A stretch of 63,977 nucleotides of DNA, the filler included, from Vezdaea acicularis (Eukaryota): NCBI GenBank assembly GCA_026025075.1. It is 3 parts of 3 records of this genome, joined end to end, with 100 filler letters (N's around TTAATTAATTAA, not from the genome) between each part and the next. Parts side by side here need not be neighbours in the genome. Positions count along the whole stretch, not along the records: positions 26,356 to 52,164 come from JAPEUI010000179.1; positions 52,265 to 63,977 come from JAPEUI010000250.1; 1 more part is not named here. One strand, 5' to 3'. Shown piece after piece: positions 49,854 through 62,752 of this stretch (position 1 is the stretch's first letter; every line of letters starts with the position of its first letter). Both the position numbers and the translations under genes were made by a program. Below the pieces are notes generated by a model. That model did no database searches. It saw only the letters and a program-made list of their open reading frames with translations, and was not told where the DNA came from.

Positions 49854-50027
49854 CTAGTAAACCTGATCCCCACCATGACGCGCGGTATTGATGGGACTGT
49901 AGCAAGATTTGTCTTGATAGCTGCATACGTGCGAGATGGTGGCGTCTCCGGTGCTGTTGCTCGGTACTGCAAGGGCGGAGAGCAGAAGGGTCATGAGGAC
50001 GAAGATAATGGGGGAAGGAATGTGCAT
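49854..50027 (-). CDS. Putative small secreted peptide (57 aa, 2 Cys)
   Basis: MHIPSPIIFVLMTLLLSALA-VPSNSTGDATISHVCSYQDKSCYSPINTARHGGDQVY*; hydrophobic core plus ALA cleavage-like site; CT-rich leader upstream on the same strand. May be spliced (GTATGC donor inside). Confidence 0.45.
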   Translation of the reverse strand: MHIPSPIIFVLMTLLLSALAVPSNSTGDATISHVCSYQDKSCYSPINTARHGGDQVY

Positions 50028-50039
50028 TTCGCTTCTGAG

Positions 50040-50240
50040 TGGGCGTTGGGATGGATTAGTGGAGTGAGGAGGCTTTTGGGGGGAGGAACCGGGAAGGGTA
50101 GGATAGGTCTAAAGGGGGAAGATGAATTTTAAGGGGAGGAAAGAATGGACTCGAAGGGGAGGAAGAAAAGATTTGAAGCGGGGGGGGGGGGATGGTATGA
50201 CATTGGGGGATGAGGAGGATGAGCAGGGGAGAAAGGAGGC
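50040..50240. repeat. Low-complexity GA-rich tract (CT-rich on minus strand) incl. G12 at 50180-50191
   Basis: Direct inspection; sits just upstream of the minus-strand peptide ORF, like a fungal CT-box promoter/5'UTR. Confidence 0.6.
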
Positions 50241-52019
50241 GGCGATGAGCTCTTACAGTGAGGGCTTGTTGATGAGTACGGCTCTTAGGGAGTCAAGTAA
50301 GCACAAGAAGAGTAAAATGATTGTAACGAAAGGTACTTTGGATCAAGACCCTGATCGCCTTGACATATGCAGGAGAGAATAAAATGCTTGTACTGAAAGG
50401 CAGGGCATAGACGGGCCCGATAAGCTTTATATCATACTGATCCGACCATCAGCCCTCACAGCAGAATGCATAATATCGCAACGCCACTTCGCTGACGGCT
50501 CGCCTTTCCAAGACATCGACTTGCAAAGGTTATCGCGAACCAACTAGCGCTGACTGCTTGCTGCTCAGTAGATCTTCTGGCCTGAAGGAAGAGGGCACCA
50601 CGAGCCGTACCTAGAGATCCCCATTGGAGATTTAAATCGGGAAGGACATCAAGATCGGGCCCAGTTCGCATGGAAACCAATCCAAGATGGTTATCGTATG
50701 TCCAACAAGGGTATGCAGAGAAAGCTTAAAAGGCGGCTGCACCCGTACACGTCTAGGATCCCGCAACCAATGAGAAAGCTGTAAGTTTATCCGAGGAATT
50801 GAGGTCAGGTAAGAGTCTTGAGGTCAGACAATTTACCGAAAATCAGTGAGGGGGCAGTGGACACGAGTGCGGAAAGCTTCTGCGAAAATACCGCGCGGGC
50901 TTTTCCCGTGACTGACGTCACTTTCTGGGTATGAAGGGGACGTGCCCTGGGAACGTTATCGCGAAGACCTCCCAATAGTACCCCAACGCATCCATACAGC
51001 TACTGCCAGAGCACATGCGGCATATCGACAAATCTGGATAGCCCCTCATGCTCTGGATCGAGGCCTGGAAAGGGTTGATTACGTGTGTATGTAGGTCCCA
51101 GACGGCTGCAGAGCCCCTTGCAGTAACTTACCAGAAACCTGGAACGAATGAAAGCTGTCCTATCTAGCCTGGCGGCGAACCATGGGGGAACCACACACGC
51201 CCGGGGAAGTCGTGGAGAGATTAGCTAAGCGCGGATGCAGAGCGCTGGCAAGGACGGTCCTGCAAGCAGTGGCAGTTTCGTTATTGACCAGTTCAGCATC
51301 GTAATCTTATTCCGTTATCTGAGTCGCAGGGTTACTCTCGAGACCCTGTTGTTAACTTGTGAGCTCGAAATCTCGAAATCCCGAAAGCCTGAAATTTCGT
51401 GGTACGAAATAGCTTTTTCTGTCGCGACTCGCAAGAAGTTGTGAGGTCCAGCTCGCGATTTTCACTCAGCGTAGTAGCCTTAACCTTCCCACGACCTCAA
51501 GGCGGAATAGCGTCACTTATGAAATGGCGCGGGGAAGAGCCGAGTGACCATAGTCCCTAGCTTGTAGGAGGACAATTGATCAGTGAAAGGAGCTTATCGG
51601 GAAAGATGAGAAGATGGGGCCCATGGTTGGACCGGAGAAAACTCCGACAGCCCTAAAAGGCAATCGACTGTGTCTCGCAGTGTCGAATGGTACTTTACCT
51701 TGAGAATTGGTATGGTGATCAGGATTAACAGATGACCAATGAGATGAGTAGTCTGCATAAACACTTTACTAGTTTTAGAAAGCAGAAAGTTAACTTGAGA
51801 TCAGGGTAATGACCTTCGCATGACGTCACGCTGAGCCACGACCAACTCCAAGATGGTGATTGGCTCGAGCTTGCTCCCAACATGCAACGCTCTTCGCGTC
51901 ATTGAATTGTTGACTTGTGAATATACTTCCATGGTTGAGAACCTCCGACAACATCTTGACCCAAACCCCCTTTCCACGCCCTAATCGAAGTGTCTTACTA
52001 TTTCTGTTCGGCTTCGATC

Positions 52020-52164
52020 ATGGCTGAGCCTGCTTCGCACGTCGAGGAGCCTCCCACCGAAAGCCATGCGCTGGCTCAAACGGAACAAGATGAGAAAGGC
52101 GCGGCTCAAATTGGACATGACGAACCAGGAATTAATGATATTGGCTGGCATGAGGACCCCACGA
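52020..52164 (+). CDS. N-terminal fragment of a probable DUF3292-family protein, cut by the gap
   Basis: MAEPASHVEEPPTESHALAQTEQDEKGAAQIGHDEPGINDIGW resembles the PTxSHALA...EKGxAQ...DxGW N-terminus of that fungal family; short, so uncertain. Confidence 0.5.
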
Positions 52165-52264
52165 NNNNNNNNNNNNNNNNNNNNNNNNNNNNNNNNNNNN
52201 NNNNNNNNTTAATTAATTAANNNNNNNNNNNNNNNNNNNNNNNNNNNNNNNNNNNNNNNNNNNN
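52165..52264. other. Artificial contig spacer (N44-TTAATTAATTAA-N44)
   Basis: Identical to 26256-26355; unrelated gene fragments on either side. Confidence 0.95.
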
Positions 52265-53177
52265 AGCCGCCTGCTAGCCACGAAAGAAGTGAAGATGATA
52301 ATTTCCTCAGTACATCCACGCGATGATATTGGCAAGAGCTTGAAGGCTGTTGGTCTTCTGGATGAAGGCAGAGCTCTAACGTTCGCTGATCTCAATTCGG
52401 CTCTTCAATTCTGCGAGAACGACCTATTGAAGGTACTCTCCCACCGAGAGGAGCACTTATCCCGTCGTGGCGTCCCAAGCAAGTACCTTGGTCAGTATTG
52501 CTGCACTGAATGGCTTTCTTCTCACGCTCATTCTGCTGTAGATATCCCAAGGCGGGATGTTGAATCGATGTCAATTGAAACAATGTTCAGCTCACCCAGG
52601 CGCAGCTATCTACAGCAAGCTGCACAGAAGACGCTGAACGACCGGGAAACAATGACAGCCCCAAGGTGGGATGTCTTCTCACAGCCGGTCCCTCTCATAA
52701 TGCAAACATTTCAGGATCTTACCAACAAGAATGAGGACTTTTGGTTCAAGGCAACGACCTTTTTCGAGAGGAAATATTACCCGGCTGGAGCTGTTCTGTA
52801 CAGAGTCGGGGTACGTACATCCCTTCGCCCACAACGCGTTGCAGGCTGACCGCTTCGTATAGGATGCTCCTAACGGATTTTTTCTCCTTGAGGATGGCAT
52901 TCTTCGCGCCGAATACGAGCTACCACAAGGCCAGTATTACGAAAGTATTGTCGCAGGTACGACCTGCGGCGAACTGCCCTTCTTCTCATCTACGAAACGT
53001 ACAGCTACTGTGATAGCCGAGCGAGATTGTATAGCATGGCTCATGAGCGAGGTCCGCTGGGAAGAGCTCCAACGGGAGTTCCCCGAGGTGGCGAGAGAGC
53101 TCCTCCTCGTCTCACTGAAGCTTACCACCGAGCGAATGTCAGCAATAACGTCGTATGTCATGACGACTGCCAGATGA
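52265..53177 (+). CDS. C-terminal part of a SulP-family transporter with STAS and cNMP-binding domains (Vsb1/YGR125W-like)
   Basis: FADLNSALQFCENDLL, FSSPRRSYLQQAA, QPVPLIMQTFQDLT, FFLLEDGILRAEYELPQGQYYESIVAGTTCGELPFFS..RTATVIAERDC, LKLTTERMSAITSY. Confidence 0.85.
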
Positions 53178-55700
53178 TGTGAATACTTAGCACTATGATG
53201 GATGCTTTGGCGGACAGCGGGTTTAGGAACGGGGCGTTTGCGTTATGGCTTTTCTCTGGTGTTAGCGTGCATGCTCTGGTATGGGCGTTGGGCATTCACT
53301 GGTGCTCGGAAAAGTGATCTAGGGACTCTCCCTGGTAGGAGGCTTTAGACGAGATGTTCCCTCTGCTGTGAACAAGCCCGCGTAATTATCGTCGCTGTCT
53401 TGGTGTCTTGAACGTTTATTAGATTGAACGTAGAATGTAAAGGCCCGTTATGACTTGTCTCATTAATTTGGCATGTTGTAGAAGACACTGTGCTCTTGTA
53501 CTGTCCTGTTCGTTGCAAATAGAGTGTGATATTTGGGCTTCGTTGTTCCGAAGAGGGGGGTCTCTCGATGATTAAAACAGATCATCAAAGAGTTGAATTA
53601 CGGTCTTCCGACCAGGCAACCCCACCCCCCTTCACAAACTTCGAAATTCCGGTGGAAAAAACCGCAAAAACCCCCAGAAAATAACAGTAATTCATAGTTG
53701 GCTAATCACGTCGCCGAATCCAAGCAATCAACCGTGGAGGTATGGCTTGACCGAATATAAACCATCTACGGATGAGTCACGTGCCTCCCACCAAGAAGCC
53801 CTGGCACTACGATTACATGAGCAGAATATCCCTCCGACGTCATCCCTGGCCGTCATCCAACCGCACTCTCCACCATCAAAACCGAATCATATCGATGAAT
53901 CCCGCCATAGGAGCTACTTCCGTCACAGCTGTCAAAATGGTGCGATATGCACAAGCGGAGGCCAAGCCGCGCGCATTTCTCATTCGGCGCTGTCACGAGG
54001 TTTATGCACGGGTCGCAGGCCGGCAGATGTGTTTGGCGAGCGAGCATGCTCCTTCCCTTGCATGTCACTGGCATCGAAAGACTTGCATATCGCTGGCAGC
54101 GGGACTTGCAGTAGCGGTGCTGTAGGAGAAGTGAAGGGCGAGCGGGTTTCAGAAGTCACGCGCTTCGCTACTTTGTATGTGGGCCGCAAATGGTTTGAAT
54201 GAAGGCCGTTTCGTGGATGGATGAACGGATGGAGCGCTCACGCAAATGCAACTCGGCCATTTCATTCTCAGATCAGCCCAGGACGAGAAACGACCGTTGG
54301 CTCGAAAACCATCGAACATGGGCGAATCCTCTGCCAAGTGTGGGTCGCAGACGAGTGTGCTGAGTGGCCGATGGTTTGAAACCAAAAATGCTCTGATTAC
54401 GACCCGCAATGTCGGGCTCGTTTGGGGTCGGCGAAGTGTGTTTCCTGCCTTCCTTTCCCGTCCATGAAACATTGGGGAGAATCAAGAGAAAGAGCTGCTA
54501 TGCCTTTGCTGTCTGCAGACAGGATTCGAAATCCACACGGCAAAAACGTACATCCATCATAGTTCTCTCTTCTTCGCGGAGTCTGAGGCAAAAGCCGCTT
54601 TTAAGTCGGTGGAGAACGAAGGCAGAATCCCGATCAATTGCGGGCGGCTGGATGCGGCCTAGCGGGGGCCGTTGGCGTGCCAAGGATCAGCCATGCGTCG
54701 TAGCGAGAGGGCTCCGGCTCACATGGAAATTACGGCGGGTGGAAAGCAGCGCGCGGAAAATTACCCAGGCTACGCCGGACGAGGGCGGCGTCAGCGAGTC
54801 GCGCTGCCAGAGATGAAAGGAACGAGAGACGGGGAGCGTAGGAGAGAGAGGAAGGAAAGGGACTGGGCTGCGGGTGCGGCTTTATCGTGGAGGTTGGGGA
54901 TCTCATTTCGAGATGGTCTTGCTGGTGCGTGAGACGGGGGGCTTGATTTGCGATGCTCGCGGCTAGCGGCAGGCGCTCTTTTTTCTGTCATATCACGAGA
55001 AGGGAAATATCGCCGTCGAAGGGCATGCGTGGATTTGTGGGCGACCTTCGTATGCCTGAGAGGACCAGGCTGGATCGGCGCGCTGATAGGCTCACTGGGC
55101 GTCTTGGGGGAGGAGGTTTGGGTGTTGCGCTCGAGATGGCATGAAACGGGTCATGCGCCCACCTCGATCTCGATCATACTCATGGGACCAATGCAACGTT
55201 GAAAGGACGCCGTGGCCTGCCGAGGGGTCCCCGTCTGAACTCAAACCAACGTCACGGCAGGGACGTCACTTCATCCTGTAGAACACGATGAGGCACTTAC
55301 GGATATTCCTGATACAAACGGCGACGCTCCGCTGGTGCATGTGTTTGGGGCACGCCGGCTTCGTGAAGCAGAGCATCCAGGGGGAAAACCTCCTCCGGTT
55401 GCAGCCGTTTCTTTCAAGCTCGCTGGTCTTCTGGAGGCGTCTCCACTGCCTGCGCTTCCCATTCGTCTAACACACGTCCGGACTGAGGCTAAATAAGAAA
55501 CAACCATCGACTGGAAGTCTTTTCAAACCTTCCAATTGAACCGTGGCCGGCGTCCGACTGGCCTGCTCCCGGCCCAAAGTCGACCAAGTCGCCCATGCCG
55601 ACCAAAATCTCAGCGACGCCGCCGTGACACTCCAAGTCGCCCAAACGCGCGAGCTAGGCCGCTCTGGCTCTAGCCCCACGCTAGAGGACGCGCCCCGAAT

Positions 55701-55740
55701 CCCTGCCCTTCCCTGCCTATCCCTGTCTATCCCTGCCATA
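55701..55740 (+). repeat. Degenerate 10-bp minisatellite x4 (CCCTGYCYWW)
   Basis: ccctgccctt ccctgcctat ccctgtctat ccctgccata. Confidence 0.8.
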
Positions 55741-56185
55741 GCTCTCGTCTCGCCTGCGCCTAAGCGTGCAGCGGACCCAAGGCCCTTTCCTGCCCGTCGA
55801 CTGCATTTACTTTTCTTCTCTCTGCTCCCACTCATAACACTGCATTCACACCTCTCTTCTTCTCTCACTCCACTACCTGCCTTACACCACCTATCTCGAC
55901 GCCCTCGTGCAGCTTGCTTGACAACCTCCCAGCATCCTTTACGAGTGCCTGCAGCCTTCTTACTTCTGTCACACCGTGATCTGTACGCTCCTCTTTGCTT
56001 ATCAGTCACTGCTTTCTTTGAGCGTTCAGCTCGCAAATCCGTCTCGCTGAAGTTCTGTTGCACGCAACTAACCTTTCAACAATTCTGTTAGGTGATTACA
56101 TTTTTGAGATACCCAAATTTTAACATTCTTCACTCTGCTCGCACGTTTAGCCATCAACCTAATCACCTACATAAACACTGCAAAG

Positions 56186-58513
56186 ATGTCGGCAGAAGCT
56201 ACCACCACTCCTGCTGTCGCCCACGAGGGTACTGACGGGCCCATCGGTACCATACCTGCTGAACCAGCGGCCCCTACAACCGAACCCACAACAACGGAGC
56301 CCACTACCACGACCGAACCTGTCAAGGACACTGTTCCACCGACGGAAACCACGACCGCTGAGCCAACACCTGCCACTGAGCCTGTTGCAACCACAACTGC
56401 CACAGAACCCAAGAAAGAGGAGACCGCTGCCGTTGCTGCTGACGGGACAACGGAGACCAGCGAGGGTACATTAGGCTACAAGTCGCCCGGTTTCATCAAG
56501 TAAGTCACTATTTGAAAGATCTTGGAGGTTTGTCTCGATCCTAACACGTCTTCGAATAGCTCCTTGACCTACAAGAAGAGACATTTCTGGTTTAGCGACG
56601 AGCCCGCCGATACCCACAACTGGGGGTCCTACCTTCGTGGCGAGAAGCCAGAAGTTGCTCACCCTCATCTCGCTTGGGCTAGTCAAACTGGCAAGGGTCT
56701 TTTGTTCTACTCCAAGACTGCCGAGGTCAAGACTGTTCCCCAAGGCATCATTAACCTGGTTCGTACATCGTGTATAAGAAAAACTCTTAAAAATCGCTGA
56801 CAATTGCTTTGTAAATAGTCTGATGTCACCGACCTAGCTAAGAACCTGGCAACCGAGTTTTCCTTCAAGCTCAACGGCAAGAAGCATGAATTCGATGCCA
56901 AGACTGTCGCCGAGCGTGACAGCTGGTACGCTGTGATTGAAACCAAGATTGCTGAAGCTAAGGCCACCGCTGAGCACGTGACGAGCAGTGAGGGCTACAA
57001 GAAGAAGTTGGAGACTCTCGGTGGATCATCTCTTGTTGCCGCCGGTGCTACAACCGGTGCAGCTGCCGCGACCGTTGATAAGCCCGTCGCAACTCCTAAG
57101 AAGTCCATAGAACACCCAAAGAAGGAGGATGTCTCTGACGAGGAGGGCAAATCCAAGAGCCGTTCTCGGTCTCGCAAGCGGGGCAGCATCTTCGGTGCTC
57201 TAGGCCGTAAGAAGGACGAGCTTGAAGAAAAGAAGGAAGAGAAGAAGGTTGAAAAGGACGAAAAGAAAGAGGCCAAGGAAGAAGCCAAGGAGGAGAAGAA
57301 AATCGAGAAGGAAGAGGCCAAGGAGGCGAAGAAGGAGCCTACTGTTGAGGAGGCCACCCCTGTTGCTGGTGCCGCAGTTGGTGAGTACTTTGAAGATTGA
57401 TCTCACAATACATTCCTCCCCTCTAACGCTGCTCTAGCTACTTCCGTCCTTGCTACTGAGGAAAAGAAGGCTGAGGAGACGCCCAAGGCTGCCGAGACGA
57501 GCACTGAGACCACCACCCCTACCAAGGAGAAGGGTGGAAAGCGTGGCAGCATCTTTGGAACCTTCTTCAACCCTAGCAAGAAGACAGAGAAGAAAGAAGA
57601 GGTCAGCCCTGCTACAACCACGGAGCCAGCCGTTGCTGCTACTGAACCTGCCACTGCTGCTCCTGCGACCACCGAGCCTGCTACCACGACCGAGGAACCC
57701 TCAAAGACTGAAGAAGTTGCAGCAGTTGGCGCCGCAGGTGTTGCTGCTCCCGTAGTCGCAAAAGATATTGAGAAAGAGAAGGAACCTAAGGAAAAGGCCT
57801 CTACCTCGCCCAAGGGCAATTTCTTCAGCAAGTTTATCGACAGGGAGAAGGCCAAGGTTGCGGAGAAGAAGGAAGAAAAGACCGAGGAGAAGGCTGAGAA
57901 GAAGACCGACAAGGCCGCTCCTGCTCTCCCAGAAGGTGGCCTCGTTGCTGTTCAGCCAACTGCTGCCGCCGATAAGCCTCTTACCACCGAAACTCCAGCC
58001 ACTGAGGTCCCATCTACGACTTCCACCGATCCCGCTGCCACCGTCGAAGACAAAATCATCGAGACGGCCAAAGTTGAGCCTCTCACTCCAGCCCCAGCTA
58101 CCACCACTGCCGCCGCCGAATCTCCCAAGGAGGGACGAAGAAAGTCTTCCTTCTTTGGTCTTGGCAAGAAAGAGAAGAAGGGCGAGTCTGATGCAGAAGC
58201 CTCTGAGCCCGAGTCCAAGACAAAGGGTTTCGCTAATCTGATCCGCAACCCGAGCAAGGCCATCAAGAACCGTAAAGACACCAAGGCTGCCACTGGTTCT
58301 CCACCCCCCGTTCCAGCGACCAAGGAGACTGCAGCGGTACCTACAGAGACTACGGAAACTGCTCCAGCTGCCACCGAACCGACTCCTGCTGAGCCTATCA
58401 CCAAGCCTACCGAAGAAGCCACTGGCACCAACAACATTGTCGATGGCGCTATCGGTGATGTTACCCCAGACGCCGTCACTGTCGGTACGAAGCCGGTTGA
58501 AGCTACTGCGTAA
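56186..58513 (+). CDS. Meu6-like PH-domain protein with T/E/A/K-rich low-complexity regions, 3 introns
   Basis: EGTLGYKSPGFIK/SLTYKKRHFWFSDEP...AHPHLAWASQTGKGLLFYSK...PQGIINL/SDV...FSFKLNGKKHEFDA..AERDSWY; repeated KRGSIFG motifs. Confidence 0.8.
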
Positions 58514-59975
58514 ATCGCCTGAAGCTATCAACGACTCTTATGATAACGCAATGACAAAAGTTGAAGGACGATTGCCAGCGCCACCGTCGTTATTGTTCAC
58601 CCTCACCGGCTAAATCAAATGCAGCATTTCGGGTTTCTTTCTTGCGAAACTCTCCCCTTCATGTCACTCCTTACGACGATGCTTCCACCTCGCCATCTAG
58701 TTTCGTGCTGTGGTGCTGCGTAGAGCGAAGCATTTGGTAGAGGTAAAGCGAAGAATGGCCTACTGATTCGAGAAGATTGATACCACACGTTGTTTTTACT
58801 GCTTTACTACTGTAATTGCCTTTTTTTTGATTTTTTTTTGCTTTGGTCCTTTGGCGTGTCTGCTCCGCACATTTGTGTGGATGTGGGCACGACGGATGGA
58901 TGGAATTGTTGCGAGTCCTGCTATACTGCTTGCGTCTTTGATACCCATACCCCCCCACCGTGCGCGCGTGTGTCTGGTTGGAACGGAACAGGACGTGTCC
59001 GACTCTGCCACTAGGGCGGAGTCGGCACGGGAGAAAGAGAGAGAAAACTTAATAGCTAATAGAAACTGTCGTTGCATCATTGAATCTGAGATTCTTTTTG
59101 TCTACGTCTCGTGCGCTTTGGGTCGCTGGGCTTGTGGATCGGTTGGTGTGTTGCAGCTGATGCTACCGTGGAAGAAGTTGTCACGTCTTTGACATGCTTC
59201 ACAAGGATTTCAAGGGGTTCTATGCCACACGTCGACTCCCAACCCGCCTTACTTCGTCTTTACTATATACATACCGCCCATGCATGCTCTTGTCGCCCTA
59301 CCATTCTCGAACCCCAGTTTCCTCCTCGTTGGACACTACTTTCTATCACAATGCATTACACATAACTTGGTTTCCTAGCCTGGGGGAAGAGGGGACGGGG
59401 GATCTCACGCGCTGAATTACTAATTATCCCGGAATTGGTTGACTCGTTGAATACCCTATGCCTGTGCGCCTGGGGAGCGGGGTAGAGAGGATTTAGGGGG
59501 GGCTTTGTACGGGTTTTGTGTCTTTTCGGAGAGTGGCAAGACGGAGGGAGAGGGTAAAGAAGGGGGGAGGAAGGGATGGAGGATGAGAGGAGAAAATGGC
59601 GGCAGAGGAAAGGTGCATGGTATTTTCCACTTTCCGCAATAGTCAGACACTCCACTACCATTCCAAGTCTCTCGGTACGCATGATCCGTTATCCGCGCCG
59701 TAACAACTCCGCGGAGAATCTCACCGGGAACAGTACCAAGAGGAATATCAAGCGTAGAATGAATTGAGTATCTACCATTCGCTCTCCCTGAGTGATACAT
59801 GAGTGATACATAAGTGGACCCTCCTCCCATTACCATCATCGCTTTGGATCTGTACAGGACCATTTGCTAGCCACGGAACGCCTTGGAATGCTTTGAATAA
59901 AGAAGAGGAGGGGAAAAAAGGAAAGATGTAAGCTGGAGGAATAAACGGATGAATGGACGGATGAAGGAAGCGGGC

Positions 59976-61081
59976 TCATCCACCAAAAACCATAGCGTTG
60001 ACGACATGTCCCTCCTTCCACCCCTGCCGTGTGAGGGACTCGTTCTCTTTGAGGATTCGGCCCATGTATGCGAGTTTGATGTTCTTTTTCGTCGAGAGCT
60101 GCGGAGAAGGAAAACTTTGTTAGTGATAGTTTCTCTTCTAGCTTCGCATTGGTGAGTATCGAGACTTACCTCTCCTGCCTCGATTATGCTCCGTATCAGA
60201 ATCCGGACGCTCTGCTCCCGCCCCACAGAAACTTTCAGATCAGGGCCTCCCCTATCGCTCAGCCGGATCTTGACCTTTACTGAGTCTCCCTCGCCCACCA
60301 GAGCGTTCTTGCCCTTTACTCTCCTCACCAGCCCTTCCTCCTCCTCCCCCTCTCCACCCCCCGCATCCTCAACGTCTCCCCCCTCTCCCTTCCCACTCCC
60401 CACATCCCCATCCCCATCCGCGTCCCCATCCTCCAATTCCATCTCCTCCTCACCCCCCCTAACCAGATTCATCGGCTCCCCCACCACCCAACCCTCAAGC
60501 GCATAAAACCCCCCTCTCTCATCATAACTGCCCTCTTCCAACCTCCCACTCGGCACCGTCAAGCCCGCCGCATCCACAATCCCCTGCGCGAGCCGCACAT
60601 CCCCACTCCTCAGCGCCTCGGCCGCCAGACGCAAGGCGCCCCACACGGTGGCTTGACCGCTGACGCGCGTGTCGAAGAAGGAGGTGCGCTCCAGGCTGAG
60701 GCGGGAGGGCGTCCATGGCTGAGGGGTTGGACCGACGATGGAGGGCGCTGGGAGAAGGGGCGTGTTGATGCGAGTCCGCGGAGGCGCGTGTGGATGCGGG
60801 TGGTGGTGGTGGTGGGAGGGCCGGAGGGAGTGTCGACTAGAGCGGTGCGTGGGCGGGGGGCCGGTGACGGTGGTGGAGATGGTGGAGATTGCAGAGGGGA
60901 TATTACCGCCCGTAGAGGGGGCATTTCGAGCGCGGGGGGAGGAGTGACAGCAGCCCTATTGTATGGCGGTTAGCTGTGATACAGAGAGTATGGTTGAGCT
61001 GATGAGGTGAGGTGGTGGTCATAGGGATATCTCGTGGGGAAGATGTGCACAACCCAGTTTGCGCGCGGAACAACGCACCAT
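59976..61081 (-). CDS. UBTD1/2 (DC-UbP)-like protein: N-terminal ubiquitin-binding domain + C-terminal ubiquitin-like domain
   Basis: ATG-only exon 1 spliced to GCCHSS; LERTSFFDTRVSGQATVWGALR...AQGIVDAAGLTVPSGRL..GSYDERGGFYAL; VKIRLSDRG..D; IKLAYMGRILKE...QGWKEGHVVNAMVF. Confidence 0.85.
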
Positions 61082-61672
61082 GGTTCATCCTTGCCCTTGG
61101 GCGCCCGGGAGAATGAACAGCTAAACGATTCACCCGTCAATTAACGAGAAGGAGACGCTACTACTGATATACTGATGGAGAGCTCGCGCAATGAACGAGG
61201 GTACCTAACGAGTGTATTGAACGAAGGTGATGATGTATGGGAATGATGGTTTCAGCTGATCCTGGTGGCGAGCGCGTCGTGACCTATTTCGGCTGCTTGA
61301 CCGGAGGGTGCGCCGGCTACAGTAGTCCCGCATCAATCCTACAATCTGCCGATGCTACCTACATGAAGATCAAGACGTTTATAGCCTGAGCACTCTCATG
61401 GCGCACGTGGAGCTCCGTTATCGCAATGACGTTCAGCAAATACGTTCTAGGTGCTTGAAAGTAATTTATTGCGCGGGCACATGTTCGTGATGCATATGAC
61501 ACTCACACCTCTCCGTTAAGCTTCCTTCTTTCTCTACCTAAAGTTCCTCTACACTCTACAGATGTAGCTAGCACCCTAATACAAACTCGAAGTTTCGATA
61601 AACAAAGGCAAAGTCATACATCATCTTTCACGCTCTCACGCGAAAGGGAAGAGAAGGGTTGTAAGATGAGGA

Positions 61673-62752
61673 TCAAGATCCCACGATCCACTTGACCAAG
61701 GCATCTAGGTCGCCCAGCGGTAGTTGAAGCTCACTGTTCCATAGCTTCTCGTCCACAGCAAAGTTACTTCCCGTTCCTTCGGTATAGGTCGCTGCGGTTA
61801 TCATAGGTCGGATTATGGTCGACTCTCCCTTGGCCAGCTTCTCGCGATCAGCAACCACCTCACCATATCCGGTCGTCTTTTCAGTGGTCCAACTTCCTCC
61901 AACTGCCTTCTCTAAAGCTGCCAGGATTGCGTTTTGTGACGTTGTGAGCGATCCGATGAAAACGTACTTGTTCTTGGTGGCTTCTAGGTTCGTCAAGACG
62001 CTGACCACACCTGTACCAACCGTATTGAGGATGGTAGTGGTGAACAGTCGACTTCCTTGGTCATATATGACGGCCTTTTTATTCTTGATGTCAAAGCCTA
62101 GCACACCATTCTTGAGGCTCTATCGAAGCGGGTGTAAGTTTATGAATGGTGAACGGGCCATGTATCATTAAAGGTCTCCACTTACTCGGTCAAAGAAAGG
62201 GCCGGTAACAAGGGCCGTCCAGCTGAAATTCGGGTTCGCACTCGCCGTCGCCTTGAGATACTCTACGATCTGGACCTTACGGCTGAAGACAGGCACGAGA
62301 TCGTTGGCGTACTTGTTCGTCGTATTGCTCCCGAACTCGCTGGGGAGGAATCTCTTGACGCCTGCTTTCGCGGCAGCATCGATGATCTTCTTCTGCTCAC
62401 CCACTGCGGCGCCTGCAATGGTTGAGACGACAGCATCGTATCCCTTGAGTGCGGCTTCCAGGTGAGCTGGGGAATAGTCTGTCTTGACTACAGTGACGCC
62501 CTGTTGGAAGGCTTTGTTTGAATTCGTACGGGTTAAAACAGCCACGCCAAATTTCTTGGAGCCAAGGAGGGCGGAGACAACGTGAGGTCCCAGGTTACCA
62601 CTAGCCTGTCCAGGAGAGGACGTGAGAAGAATGGCTCAGAGAAAGGAAGTGAGGGGTAAGATTGGGGGTTGTGATGGAGACGCAGCCACAACATAGGAAA
62701 TGGAGGGGCAACCTACCCCAACTACGATTACGTTCTTGATTTCTTGAGCCAT
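61673..62752 (-). CDS. NmrA/isoflavone-reductase-like NAD(P)-binding oxidoreductase (CipA-like), 2 introns
   Basis: MAQEIKNVIVVG/ASGNLGPHV, LKGYDAVVSTIA, IIDAAAKAGVKRFLPSEFG, WTALVTGPFFD. Confidence 0.9.

Noticed and set aside
52020..53177. Apparent single gene spanning the second N-gap
   Set aside because: The two sides belong to different families and the spacer is artificial.
55467..56091. Overlapping 198-aa (-) and 182-aa (+) ORFs
   Set aside because: Derived from CT-rich low-complexity promoter/UTR sequence; non-ATG starts.
57403..58531. Several long minus-strand ORFs
   Set aside because: Antisense shadows of the biased-codon last exon of the Meu6-like gene.
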